A stretch of 57,561 nt of DNA. Origin: a virus. Taxonomy: Duplodnaviria > Caudoviricetes. The notes beneath the pieces were generated by a model that saw only the letters and a list, made by a program, of their open reading frames with translations, ran no database searches and was not told where the DNA came from. Below are positions 1 through 8,449 of the stretch, in pieces. The stretch covers positions 1 to 57,561 of IMG/VR virus record IMGVR_UViG_3300037697_000007, one strand, 5' to 3'. The first letter of the stretch is position 1; the number at the start of each line of letters is the position of its first letter. The translations under genes were made by a program, and so were the position numbers.

Positions 1-127
1 GCCAAATTCAACAATGGCTCCGAACCTGAGTACTTGAAGCAGAATCCCGCCAGCACCCATTGCGAGAAATAAGAAAACGGCCCAATGGACGTAGTATTCA
101 GAATCGGTTTTTTTATTTTTCACGGCT
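1..127. repeat. Terminal direct repeat, copy 1 (circular assembly overlap)
   Basis: 1-127 is identical to 57435-57561; 127 is a common assembler k-mer. Confidence 0.95.
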
Positions 128-297
128 TGAAGATCGTAATAAACAAGCCGCATAATACATTATTCTATGTAGGGAGTGGGTGTGGATTAGGCTTCGGCAT
201 GAACGTCCAGCGCCGCACCTCGCTGCACCGGACGCACTGAACTTTCGTGCCTTTCCTGTCGGCGTACAGGGTCAGCCATTTGTGGATGCACACGGCT

Positions 298-471
298 TCA
301 CCTACGACCCTTCTTTGCGTTTCTGCGCAGTCTCGCAGTCCCAGTGTTTCTGGTCTTGCTCTTAGGCCAGTTTGTTCTATTGGTGACGAGCGAACCTGTT
401 GGGTAAACCATATCAGCTTGCATGCCCGCAGCCATCGCAAGCATCAAAGAACCGGCGAGCGACCGTCTCAT
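298..471 (-). CDS. Small basic hypothetical protein
   Basis: MRRSLAGSLMLA...; GAGG RBS; part of the leftward ORF chain. Confidence 0.45.
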   Translation of the reverse strand: MRRSLAGSLMLAMAAGMQADMVYPTGSLVTNRTNWPKSKTRNTGTARLRRNAKKGRR

Positions 472-523
472 GGCTTCACCTCGTCGGCCATGCGCGCCAT
501 CTTTGGCGAGTAGTACGTCGTCT

Positions 524-742
524 TCATTTCTTCTCTCCTGTTCCTGTCGGTGGAATATGAATACGCGCCAGCTTAAAGCTTGCTCCACATCTGGCACAGT
601 CCGCAAAAATAATTGCATGCTGCCTACCGCACCCATCCACTGCGCCTAATATTACCGTTGCGTATTCTTCTCCCGGCGAATACCAGCCTTTCGTGGAATA
701 TATCGGTGGCTTGTGCCCGAATACGTGGCAGGCTAGTTTCAT
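524..742 (-). CDS. Hypothetical protein with C/H zinc-ribbon-like motifs
   Basis: LACHVFGH...CARCG; ATGA overlap with the upstream gene, GGAG RBS. Confidence 0.7.
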   Translation of the reverse strand: MKLACHVFGHKPPIYSTKGWYSPGEEYATVILGAVDGCGRQHAIIFADCARCGASFKLARIHIPPTGTGEKK

Positions 743-1380
743 TTCTTCTCTCCTGTTATTCCGTGGGCGGCTTCTATTGCTCTGGCTATTTGGTGCTTAT
801 ACAGTCCAGCAATATGCCCATACTGCTTAACACATCCAGCCCATAGATCCCCTATCTCTGCATCACTCAGCGGCTTCTGCTGCGGGAATGCTTGTGCGCC
901 TGTCGATCCACAGAATGGGCATTCGATGCTTTGCCAACCAAGAGGGGCCAACTTCTCATAGTCAACAGGATCCTGTTCCATCAGCTCCTTCTCCAGCTCT
1001 GCGCGTCCGGCTTGCTTGCCCTCTTCCCTAGCTTGGGATATGAAATCCGTGTCGCTGCCCGACTGCCCAACGCAATTATTGTGGAATTCCACGCATCGGT
1101 TATATCCACGCTGATACTCTGCTGCTTTGATTGCGGCGAGCTCTTCCATTCCGCTCAGTCTAACTTCCTCTATACACGGCTCATCCAGATCATCCCCGCG
1201 TGTGTATATCTCCCTGATTCTGCTGATGATAGCCTGCTGCGCTGCCAGCTTCTCGCGCAGTTTTGCAATCTCCTTGTCCTTATGCTTGGCGCAGGTCTTC
1301 CAGAAGTATTCTGCACATTGCTTCATATCCACATAGGTGAAGTTCCGCCATGTGACTTCAAAGCCGTTCTGTTCAGTCAT
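739..1380 (-). CDS. Mosaic phage hypothetical protein (CPFCG; C-terminal ARAIEAAHGI)
   Basis: 213-aa ORF with ATGA overlaps; C-terminal motif common in betaproteobacterial phage early genes. Confidence 0.75.
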   Translation of the reverse strand: MTEQNGFEVTWRNFTYVDMKQCAEYFWKTCAKHKDKEIAKLREKLAAQQAIISRIREIYTRGDDLDEPCIEEVRLSGMEELAAIKAAEYQRGYNRCVEFHNNCVGQSGSDTDFISQAREEGKQAGRAELEKELMEQDPVDYEKLAPLGWQSIECPFCGSTGAQAFPQQKPLSDAEIGDLWAGCVKQYGHIAGLYKHQIARAIEAAHGITGEKK

Positions 1381-1652
1381 TTCGATTCTCCCAAGTTGCG
1401 GATTGCTCTTGCTGCATCTTTAAGCGCGTTGTTGTACGCTATATCTCCCTCACAGCATCCTTCGTCGTCAATACTATTCCCAACATACTCAGCTTCGCAA
1501 ACGTCTGCATCAATCTCCCTCTGGTGCGCCGCGATGGTGTTGGCAAAGTCGATAAGTTGCAAAATAAGTGCCGCTTTGTGTTTCGGACCAGCCCATAGAG
1601 AAAGCCCGGTTTGTTCAGCCAGCCGCTTCACTACGCTTGCGTCAATAGGCAT
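1377..1652 (-). CDS. Hypothetical protein
   Basis: 91-aa ORF coupled to its neighbours. Confidence 0.65.
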   Translation of the reverse strand: MPIDASVVKRLAEQTGLSLWAGPKHKAALILQLIDFANTIAAHQREIDADVCEAEYVGNSIDDEGCCEGDIAYNNALKDAARAIRNLGESK

Positions 1653-1947
1653 CCCGTATCCCTTCCACCAGTTTAATTTCCTTCCGGCTCTTACAAGCCG
1701 TAACGCGACCGTCTACTACGAATCGAGCGCGACCACCCAAGACCGTATCCATCTGCCTGATTACTTCCATCTGATCTTGGACGGCTGCTTTCTGATTGGT
1801 CACTTCCTCGCGCTGGTCGAGATTGTCTAATAGCGCAACGATCACAGCCAAAACTATTGCAGCTTTCATCGTAAAACCTACACGTCGGGTCAACGGGTTG
1901 TGCTTGCTCTTCCACGGGTGCAGAGTGTAGCGGCGTATGCGGTTCAT
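1642..1947 (-). CDS. Hypothetical protein with one hydrophobic segment
   Basis: AAIVLAVIVALL segment; lies in the ORF chain. Confidence 0.55.
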   Translation of the reverse strand: MNRIRRYTLHPWKSKHNPLTRRVGFTMKAAIVLAVIVALLDNLDQREEVTNQKAAVQDQMEVIRQMDTVLGGRARFVVDGRVTACKSRKEIKLVEGIRDAY

Positions 1948-1952
1948 TCACG

Positions 1953-2156
1953 TCACCCACTTGTTTTTTCTGCCGCGACGATAATCTTCCTGCATTCATC
2001 CATCAACCCGGATATGGTGCATTCAGGCATTTTCTGTGAGTTTTTTCCGTTATATCTCAACCAGTATCGCCCCTTGAACGGTTGCGGCAAAAGCTCCAAC
2101 TTGTGCAACTTCCCACCTGCTGCGATAGAAATTCTAACTGTTGCTTTTTGCCTCAA
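1953..2156 (-). CDS. Hypothetical basic protein
   Basis: AAGGGG RBS before a TTG start; directly downstream of a near-consensus promoter. Confidence 0.6.
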   Translation of the reverse strand: MRQKATVRISIAAGGKLHKLELLPQPFKGRYWLRYNGKNSQKMPECTISGLMDECRKIIVAAEKTSG

Positions 2157-2188
2157 AATATAACCCCTTAAATCTTCTGGATGCGCCG

Positions 2189-2217
2189 ATTTTAATAGTC
2201 TCGCACGATTGTGTCAA
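2189..2217 (-). promoter_or_regulatory. Sigma70 promoter TTGACA-17-TAAAAT (leftward)
   Basis: Near-consensus hexamers with 17-bp spacer and AT-rich upstream tract. Confidence 0.75.
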
Positions 2218-2247
2218 TTTATTTAAAAATTAACCATGCGGTGCATA

Positions 2248-2433
2248 TCATTCGTTCGGCGTCTTAGGGGGTTTCCAGCCGAGCGAAATCAAGGCTTGTC
2301 GAATCTGCTCATCTTTGGTGTAAATCACCTGCCGCATGATCTGCTCACGAACTCCGTTTGCGACGTACAAAGTGTCCTGCGTAATTTCCCCGTACTTACC
2401 TGTAGAGGTTTCGACAATGTATCCGCTGTCCAT
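2248..2433 (-). CDS. Hypothetical protein in gene cassette 1 (reverse orientation)
   Basis: GAGGAG RBS; MDSGYIVE...KTPNE; stop lies just outside the GTTCGGC core site. Confidence 0.65.
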   Translation of the reverse strand: MDSGYIVETSTGKYGEITQDTLYVANGVREQIMRQVIYTKDEQIRQALISLGWKPPKTPNE

Positions 2434-2467
2434 TTCCACTCCTCTCAAAAGTCGGCTCCGGCAAGAC

Positions 2468-2529
2468 GCCGAACCCGTCATTCAACCCGGACGCGCAAAA
2501 GCGCGCGCCGGTTAATTCAAACGTTAGGT
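2468..2529 (+). other. attC site 1
   Basis: GCCGAAC...TTCAACCCGG-GCGC AAAA GCGC-CCGGTTAA...GTTAGGT imperfect palindrome, 62 bp. Confidence 0.85.
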
Positions 2530-2535
2530 TTTATC

Positions 2536-2892
2536 ATGAACATGCTCATTCTCCTTGCTAGTCTACTCGCCACATTGACAGCCGCGCTTGTGCTGGCAAA
2601 GAGTATCGTTGAATACCAGTCCGCATTGCTTAAGTACAAAATAGATGTTGCAAGCAACGCTCCTGAAATTACAATTTCAACAGCTATCCAGCGTCTGGCG
2701 AAAGTTAAGCGGGATATTGTAAATGTCGGCGGGGTTTGTTTGATTGCGAGCATTTCCCTTGCAGCGTTCATGATTTTTGGCCCTTTGGCTGATAAACATT
2801 TAACGGTTTCGAGTGCAGCACTTATATCTTTAATTTTTTGCCTAGTTGTTATTACGCAAACATGTTTCATCATTGGCACAAAACAAACCTAA
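2536..2892 (+). CDS. Cassette 2 membrane protein (about 3 TM segments), AT-rich
   Basis: ATG a few nt after the core site; TAA stop within ACCTAAC; opposite strand to the flanking phage genes. Confidence 0.8.
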   Translation: MNMLILLASLLATLTAALVLAKSIVEYQSALLKYKIDVASNAPEITISTAIQRLAKVKRDIVNVGGVCLIASISLAAFMIFGPLADKHLTVSSAALISLIFCLVVITQTCFIIGTKQT

Positions 2893-2951
2893 CCCTACGT
2901 TCAACCCGGACGGCGCAAAAGCGCGCCAGCCGGTGAACTAAGACGTTAGGC
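2887..2951 (+). other. attC site 2
   Basis: ACCTAAC...GTTCAACCCGG...GCGC AAAA GCGC...CCGGTGAAC...GTTAGGC, 65 bp, closely similar to attC1. Confidence 0.85.
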
Positions 2952-3095
2952 CCCATACATCCAGCAGTACAACATCACAGCCAGAATGCAGGCCATCAGC
3001 ACGCCGCCCGCAATCGCCGCCCATGCTGGGGTCGAAAGATCCGGATCTACCAACGGCGACCATCGCCCGGTGCGATACGGCTCACGATAGGCCAT
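2946..3095 (-). CDS. Small membrane protein
   Basis: AGGAG RBS; MAYREPY...AAIAGGVLMACILAVMLYCWMYGA (hand-translated). Confidence 0.55.
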   Translation of the reverse strand: MAYREPYRTGRWSPLVDPDLSTPAWAAIAGGVLMACILAVMLYCWMYGA

Positions 3096-3300
3096 TGCGA
3101 TCTCCTACAATCTTCCGCGCCGCAGACATCACATCCCGCTTGCTGATCGCCTGACGTAACGCCTCCAACTTGTTGCGCGCTATCTCTTTCGCATGCAGAT
3201 ATTCAATCGTGGCTTTGTCCGCTGCATCGTCGAGTTCGTCCTGATACTCGGCAAGTCTGCACATCAGCATGGCGTGCTCTTTGATGGATATGGTTGTCAT
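3082..3300 (-). CDS. Hypothetical protein
   Basis: 72-aa helical ORF with ATGA overlap. Confidence 0.65.
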   Translation of the reverse strand: MTTISIKEHAMLMCRLAEYQDELDDAADKATIEYLHAKEIARNKLEALRQAISKRDVMSAARKIVGDRNGLS

Positions 3301-3719
3301 TTTTTGGCCCCCAGAGCAATCTTTATTGCATCACGTGCAGCACGATTTGACGATTGAAACTCAAGTAAATATGCGATTTTTTCCGCATCCTCGCGCCGCA
3401 TCTCCACCATCACAGTGGCTGGCTTTGGCGGATTCCATGAATACGCGTCAAAGTTTCCGCGAGGGTTCCACGTCGAATCGACAATGCATGGCCCGTATCC
3501 GTCCGAATGGTACAGCTCATCGCCAACAAACACCGCCTTGCCCTCGACAACCGCGAGAGGAAATTCATATAAATGCGGGTATAAGTTCCACATCATATTC
3601 TTTATTTCTCTGATTACGCCACCAGCCTTGCATACCTGAATTATTCCTGCGGACTCTTGCATCTTGATACTGTTTCCAGCCGCTATATACAGGTCTGCGC
3701 GTGTTTTAATTTCTCTCAT
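3297..3719 (-). CDS. Hypothetical protein
   Basis: 140-aa ORF, GGAG RBS. Confidence 0.7.
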   Translation of the reverse strand: MREIKTRADLYIAAGNSIKMQESAGIIQVCKAGGVIREIKNMMWNLYPHLYEFPLAVVEGKAVFVGDELYHSDGYGPCIVDSTWNPRGNFDAYSWNPPKPATVMVEMRREDAEKIAYLLEFQSSNRAARDAIKIALGAKK

Positions 3720-3742
3720 TTCATTCTCCGCTGTTGTTTGTG

Positions 3743-3988
3743 TTAGGCGCTCAGTCCTGATAAGTCTTTCGGCTTATCCCAAAATTTGAATGTTCTGTGT
3801 CCCAAAGTATGTTCGCCTTCTACCCACCCGAGTTTTACCAGTGCATCAAAACCATGCGCCCATCCACCGCTAGGGCCTCCGGCATTTTCACATTCGCACA
3901 GCCTTATAGCCCGCTCATACTCGACTCTGCTTACAGGCCCAAGTTTGGCTATTTCGTCGTCCGTCAATTCGTATGCTTGTTTCATCAT
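3743..3988 (-). CDS. Hypothetical protein
   Basis: ORF track; start codon uncertain. Confidence 0.55.
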   Translation of the reverse strand: MMKQAYELTDDEIAKLGPVSRVEYERAIRLCECENAGGPSGGWAHGFDALVKLGWVEGEHTLGHRTFKFWDKPKDLSGLSA

Positions 3989-4082
3989 TCGACTCTTCGT
4001 TGTTGGTGATGGGTGAATCATGCCAGTGTTTTACCTGCCAATCTATAGCCCGAAGGTGTTGGTATCACGTAACACTTTAGTG

Positions 4083-4247
4083 TTACTTCGCCAACGAATC
4101 GGCGAACCAGTCGAGCATCAGCTTTATCTGCGCATCCATAGATTCGATGGCATCATGTGCGGCTGCGTAATCGCCTTTCATGGCGGCATCCTCTGCCACT
4201 TTCAGCAGTCGTTTGGCTTCCAGCATGGCTTCGATGTAGTCGGTCAT
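4083..4247 (-). CDS. Small hypothetical protein
   Basis: MTDYIEAMLEAK... hand-translated; GAGG RBS, ATGA overlap. Confidence 0.55.
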   Translation of the reverse strand: MTDYIEAMLEAKRLLKVAEDAAMKGDYAAAHDAIESMDAQIKLMLDWFADSLAK

Positions 4248-4408
4248 TTCATTTTCCTCAGTTCGTCAGCAGATTCCCGTGCTTGCTTTGCTGCCTCATC
4301 GATGTAGCCCTTTTCAATCATCTCCGCAAGAACGTCGAAGATTGGAGCAAATTTAGATGCGACAGAAACAAAGTTCCGACGCTTATGCCGTTTTTGCTTG
4401 GCGTTCAT
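4244..4408 (-). CDS. Small hypothetical protein
   Basis: MNAKQKRHKRR... hand-translated; GGAGG RBS, ATGA overlap. Confidence 0.55.
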   Translation of the reverse strand: MNAKQKRHKRRNFVSVASKFAPIFDVLAEMIEKGYIDEAAKQARESADELRKMK

Positions 4409-4554
4409 TCTTCCTCCCCATCTGTTTCAATTGCTGCGATATGGTCTGATGTCGGATCAGACAAAACAAGCTCGGCAAACAGCTTGCGCGCTTCGTCGGC
4501 GTTGTCGGCTTCGATCAGGTGCGAGCCTCGGGTGTAGCACTCAAAGAGCGGCAT
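4405..4554 (-). CDS. Small acidic hypothetical protein
   Basis: MPLFECYTRGSHLIEADNADEARKLF... hand-translated. Confidence 0.5.
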   Translation of the reverse strand: MPLFECYTRGSHLIEADNADEARKLFAELVLSDPTSDHIAAIETDGEEE

Positions 4555-4556
4555 GG

Positions 4557-5036
4557 CTACATCGCCCTCCAGCACACATCTGCGCCGCGATGCCCGTGCC
4601 GCATGAATGGGATGTCGTCATCGAAGTTGTCGAAGCTTCCGCTGCCTGACTTCGGAATGTCTGCACTAGGCGTTGGAGCCTGTCGCGCTGGTTTGTTTTC
4701 GCTGGCCTGTTGTTCGCCTTGCGCCTTGCCGCCCAGCAGCGCCAGGTCATTAACCCGAACGTCCAGCGATACACCTTTCCCGCCGTCTTTCTGGTCGTAG
4801 CTGCGCAAGGTCACTTCTCCGCTGATGCCGACAAGCTGGCCCTTGCCGAGGTACGGCAGCACCGATTCTCCGCGCTTGCCGAACATGGCACAATTGGCCC
4901 ACGTCGTTTTCTCTTTGTCGCCGTAGCCTGATTTGACGGCAACGGAGAACGATACGACGCTATCGCCGCCAGTGGTGAAACGTTGCTCGGCATCTTTTCC
5001 GAGGTTGCCGGTGAATGTCCAGTTGTTGAGTCCCAT
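4557..5036 (-). CDS. ssb: Single-stranded DNA-binding protein
   Basis: FTGNLGKDAE OB-fold start, YLGKGQLVGISG, DDDIPF tip. Confidence 0.95.
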   Translation of the reverse strand: MGLNNWTFTGNLGKDAEQRFTTGGDSVVSFSVAVKSGYGDKEKTTWANCAMFGKRGESVLPYLGKGQLVGISGEVTLRSYDQKDGGKGVSLDVRVNDLALLGGKAQGEQQASENKPARQAPTPSADIPKSGSGSFDNFDDDIPFMRHGHRGADVCWRAM

Positions 5037-5064
5037 GATTTTTCCTTATGCGAAGGTGATGCGG

Positions 5065-6756
5065 TTATTGTTCGACTGCGGCAAAGCTCATGTTCATCAG
5101 CCAATCAACAACCGTTTCGGGCGGCACGTTGAAAGTTTCGGCAAGTGCTGCGATGATCTCTTTGTCGGTCGGACGGACGTGGCGTGCTGCGTTTGTGTCG
5201 GATACTGCTTTATCTGAAAGCACAGGAACTGGAGAGGGTTTTTTCGCCATTACAGCGGAGGCAGCATCGTAAGCGTCTTGTTGCTCATTCGATCTATGTA
5301 TTGCATTCGCCTCGGCCTCAACCTTGGCGCGTGCAGCATCTTCCGCCGCCTGCTTTGCCCGTTCTGCGGCAAGGATAGCCTCAGCTTCCGCTTGCGCCTT
5401 GGCGGTGGCCTTACGCTCTTCATCGGCCTGTATTGCAGCGCGTTGTTCTTCCGCCTTAGCGGTTTCTTCCGCCTTGTGCTTGTCGATTCTCCCGGTAACA
5501 ATCGCCTCGAATGCTTCCTTGCCGTTATTGGCAATGAGCTGCGACAGGTCGGAGAACAGGAATCCGTAACCAGCCGATGACTCTTTACACCACGCCAATT
5601 TTTCGCGCACGTCTTTTGCCGATTGGTCGGCGGCGAACTTGCCATCACGAAGCGCGGTATCGACTGCCTCTTGCATGGCCGACATCTTTTTCATGCCCTT
5701 GATCGCTCCGGCGAAATCAGGCCGCACAACTGCAAGTCGGATCGGCTTCGTTTCAGCTTCGAGCGATTCGACATGCGCGGAGAAATCATTCCCCGCCTTG
5801 GTGACAATAGCCAGCTTGCGCGATTCCTTCTCAGATTTCACCAGCTTGTCCAGCATCAGCCGCTTGTCGCGAAGCTGCGCGGCGATGTGGTCAAGCGTCC
5901 GCACTACTTCGTCTACGGTGGACATCTGCGCAAGTACACTGGCCTTTGTGGATTCCAAATTCGATTCGGCATCCTTGCAGAATTTGACGGTGGATTCAGC
6001 GTCGGCAAAGTCCTGATCGCAAACAAGCTCTGTTTTGATCCCGGCGATGAACGCCGTAGCCGCTTCCTTGAATTCTGACAGGTTGGATGCATTCACCATG
6101 CCGGTCGCCTGAACGAATACGGACGGCAGTGCCTTGATTGTCTCGGCTTTCGGCGATTCCTTCGGCTGTTCAATCTCGCCTGCGGCTAACTTGCGCTTGT
6201 ATTCTTCAACATCTTTATCAAATTGCCGCCAACCTGCCATCAGATGATCTGCTCGTCCCGGCACTGCGCGATATTCCATGCTCACGAACTTCTCTGGCGT
6301 TCCATCAGAAACAACGAACAGCACGTAGTCAAATCCATACACCAGAATCTGCTGCTCAAGCTGCCAGTATTTTGCAGGCGGCAAGTCGCCTGCGCGCACC
6401 GAAGCGGCTAGCGTCTCGTTCCACAGCTTCGCCTCCAGTCCGATGCTATCGCCGAATGTAGCGCCATCTGGCGCGGCGGTAAGATACCCGTCGTCTGTTT
6501 CGGCAGATGACGGCACAAAGTCTTCGCCGACAACTTCCTCTGCCAATGCGCGAGCGCCAATCTCGGAAACATTCCCTTTATCCAGCAAATACTTTTGCTG
6601 CCAGTCGGAGAATTCTTTACCGAACCCTGTAGCCATCATGTGAATCAGCTCTGTTCGGCTAGTTGTTGGGTCGCAGCCCATCATCGCCGGTGCTTTGCTT
6701 GCGCTGCGGGATGCTATCCATTCCGCGCTTCCAGCCTTCATTGTAATTTTTCTCAT
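5065..6756 (-). CDS. YqaJ/lambda-Exo-like exonuclease with a long coiled-coil C-terminus
   Basis: SAS..PAMMG, A.PDG, GLEAK and WQLEQQ motifs; adjacent to Bet. Confidence 0.85.
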   Translation of the reverse strand: MRKITMKAGSAEWIASRSASKAPAMMGCDPTTSRTELIHMMATGFGKEFSDWQQKYLLDKGNVSEIGARALAEEVVGEDFVPSSAETDDGYLTAAPDGATFGDSIGLEAKLWNETLAASVRAGDLPPAKYWQLEQQILVYGFDYVLFVVSDGTPEKFVSMEYRAVPGRADHLMAGWRQFDKDVEEYKRKLAAGEIEQPKESPKAETIKALPSVFVQATGMVNASNLSEFKEAATAFIAGIKTELVCDQDFADAESTVKFCKDAESNLESTKASVLAQMSTVDEVVRTLDHIAAQLRDKRLMLDKLVKSEKESRKLAIVTKAGNDFSAHVESLEAETKPIRLAVVRPDFAGAIKGMKKMSAMQEAVDTALRDGKFAADQSAKDVREKLAWCKESSAGYGFLFSDLSQLIANNGKEAFEAIVTGRIDKHKAEETAKAEEQRAAIQADEERKATAKAQAEAEAILAAERAKQAAEDAARAKVEAEANAIHRSNEQQDAYDAASAVMAKKPSPVPVLSDKAVSDTNAARHVRPTDKEIIAALAETFNVPPETVVDWLMNMSFAAVEQ

Positions 6757-7541
6757 TGCACACCGCCTTTCTGTTCCCAAGATTGAATTTCTACGATCAC
6801 CTCAGCCGGCAGAATGTACTTAGCCGAAAGGAAGTCGATAACGCCTTGCGCCGTGCCGTCCCCGTTCTGTACCTTGGACTTGGTGCTGAACTTGGTGACT
6901 ACGCCCTCTTGGTCGATTACGTCGTGGGTATGCTTGTCCATCAGCACTTCCATAGTCAGGGTGGCGCGCTCCGGCTTTACCTCTTTCACTACGGTTGCAG
7001 TGCCGTCGATTGTCCCAATGTCGCGCTCTACGATCCGCTCTGCTTCATCTTGGTCGTAGATGCCAGCGAATCCGAAGGCAAGCCGTGCGGCCTGAATCAT
7101 GGCCTTATGGCGCAGCATGCGGCGCGGGTGAGACTTCCACGCCGGAGAGTTGTCGCGTCGGCACTCAGCGAGATATTCCGTCGCGCTAATCGAATGCGAA
7201 CGATCTTTACGATAAATAATGCAGGTGCATGATGCGGCCTCTTCGTCATACTTGAAGTCCATCCCGTCGAACTGTTGGTGGTTGTTCATGATGCGCGACC
7301 ATCCATCCACGCCGACAACAGGAACTATGCCGCCCTTGTCAGGGAAGGCGAAGATTTCCTTGGTGAACGGGTTGAGTCCGTACTGATTGGCAACCACCAG
7401 CAGGGCGGTCATTTGCGCATCAGATACCTGCGTACCGCTTTTGAATGCGGTGGCCTTCAATACGTCCGTCAGGCCGGAGCCGTCGCCCATGTCGAACTGC
7501 GCGGCGAGTTTGTTTGTCAGTGTTGCCAGTGCTGTGCTCAT
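6753..7541 (-). CDS. bet: Phage recombination protein Bet (RecT/Red-beta family)
   Basis: QYGLNPFTKEIFAFP, VVGVDGW, WKSHPRRMLRHKAMIQAARLAFGFAGIYDQDE. Confidence 0.95.
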   Translation of the reverse strand: MSTALATLTNKLAAQFDMGDGSGLTDVLKATAFKSGTQVSDAQMTALLVVANQYGLNPFTKEIFAFPDKGGIVPVVGVDGWSRIMNNHQQFDGMDFKYDEEAASCTCIIYRKDRSHSISATEYLAECRRDNSPAWKSHPRRMLRHKAMIQAARLAFGFAGIYDQDEAERIVERDIGTIDGTATVVKEVKPERATLTMEVLMDKHTHDVIDQEGVVTKFSTKSKVQNGDGTAQGVIDFLSAKYILPAEVIVEIQSWEQKGGVQ

Positions 7542-7723
7542 TTTCTTTCCCCTTGTTGTTTACTCAATTTCTCCGCCGCCCTATCCCGCCTAAGTTGCGC
7601 CATGCTCCTGATGTGGTGCGATACCAGCCAAGCAATGTGCATATCGGCATGGTGGCGCATCTTGATTGTCTCGACTCTGGCGCGCTCTACCAGATGATCG
7701 ATGTTCGGTTGCCAGTCGGACAT
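7538..7723 (-). CDS. Hypothetical protein
   Basis: 61 aa, ATGA overlap with bet. Confidence 0.6.
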   Translation of the reverse strand: MSDWQPNIDHLVERARVETIKMRHHADMHIAWLVSHHIRSMAQLRRDRAAEKLSKQQGERK

Positions 7724-7725
7724 TT

Positions 7726-8274
7726 TTACTCACCATCGCTTCTATCGATCAACACCGCCCGAGTGTAGTCTGGGTAATAGGCTACATGGTGCGCGTTCGC
7801 TTCGTTGAATTCGGTGATGGCCTTTTGCAATTCAATCATCCCGCGCAAATCATTAAGGTCGAAATCTTCGTATGCGTCATCCATCACGGATTCGGTTATC
7901 GAGTCAGCATCCAATCGCACGAACTGAACGGGCTTCGTCGCCCATACATATTCCGGGTATTCCGTCGGCAACAGATCGTCCAGCAAAGTCGAAACATCGC
8001 TGTAGAATTCCTCGCCGTGGAATATCTGCCCGCTCCATGATGTGAGCTTTTCAGCTTTGTCGAACAATGCGCGCTCTTTTTCTGCAGCGCGCTTATCCAT
8101 GCATGCATCGCAGATTGTGCGGAACTCACCGCAATGCTCGCCGCAGATTGTGCATACCCACTGCTTGCAGCATTCGCTCGCCATCGTCTCGGTGCTGTGT
8201 ACTCGCTTGCACTTCTCGCACCAGTACACGCCGGCTGGCTTGCCGTCTTCTAGGTATAGTTGTTTGGCGTTCAT
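7726..8274 (-). CDS. Hypothetical protein with three CxxC pairs
   Basis: CEKC, CTIC, CDAC; GGAG RBS before MNAKQLY. Confidence 0.75.
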   Translation of the reverse strand: MNAKQLYLEDGKPAGVYWCEKCKRVHSTETMASECCKQWVCTICGEHCGEFRTICDACMDKRAAEKERALFDKAEKLTSWSGQIFHGEEFYSDVSTLLDDLLPTEYPEYVWATKPVQFVRLDADSITESVMDDAYEDFDLNDLRGMIELQKAITEFNEANAHHVAYYPDYTRAVLIDRSDGE

Positions 8275-8275
8275 T

Positions 8276-8449
8276 TCAATCTCCATCTTCCGCGTCGAAT
8301 CCGTTAAGCATTTCCCACCACGTACCATCGTTATCATCCGATAATTCCAGCGGAAAATCGTCTGGCTTTTCTGCATGTTCCTTCCGCCAGTACACTTCAA
8401 AATCAACAATGTTCTGGCGTGCTTCGGCTAGGAATTCATCAAGTGTCAT
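8276..8449 (-). CDS. Small acidic hypothetical protein
   Basis: MTLDEFLAEARQNIVDFEVYW... hand-translated; AAGGAG RBS. Confidence 0.65.
   Translation of the reverse strand: MTLDEFLAEARQNIVDFEVYWRKEHAEKPDDFPLELSDDNDGTWWEMLNGFDAEDGD

Larger units (their letters stand above)
2254..2951 (+). mobile_element. Integron gene-cassette array (2 cassettes, no intI in genome)
   Basis: Core sites GTTCGGC (2254), GTTAGGT (2523) and GTTAGGC (2945); each cassette's inverse core is complementary to its own left core site. Confidence 0.8.

Noticed and set aside
1-127. Biological terminal repeat
   Set aside because: The length equals a common assembly k-mer and a small ORF runs across the junction; this indicates circular assembly, not physical ends.
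3742-3754. Third cassette starting at GTTAGGCGC
   Set aside because: A core-like 7-mer overlaps a stop codon, but I found no matching inverse core or attC palindrome downstream.
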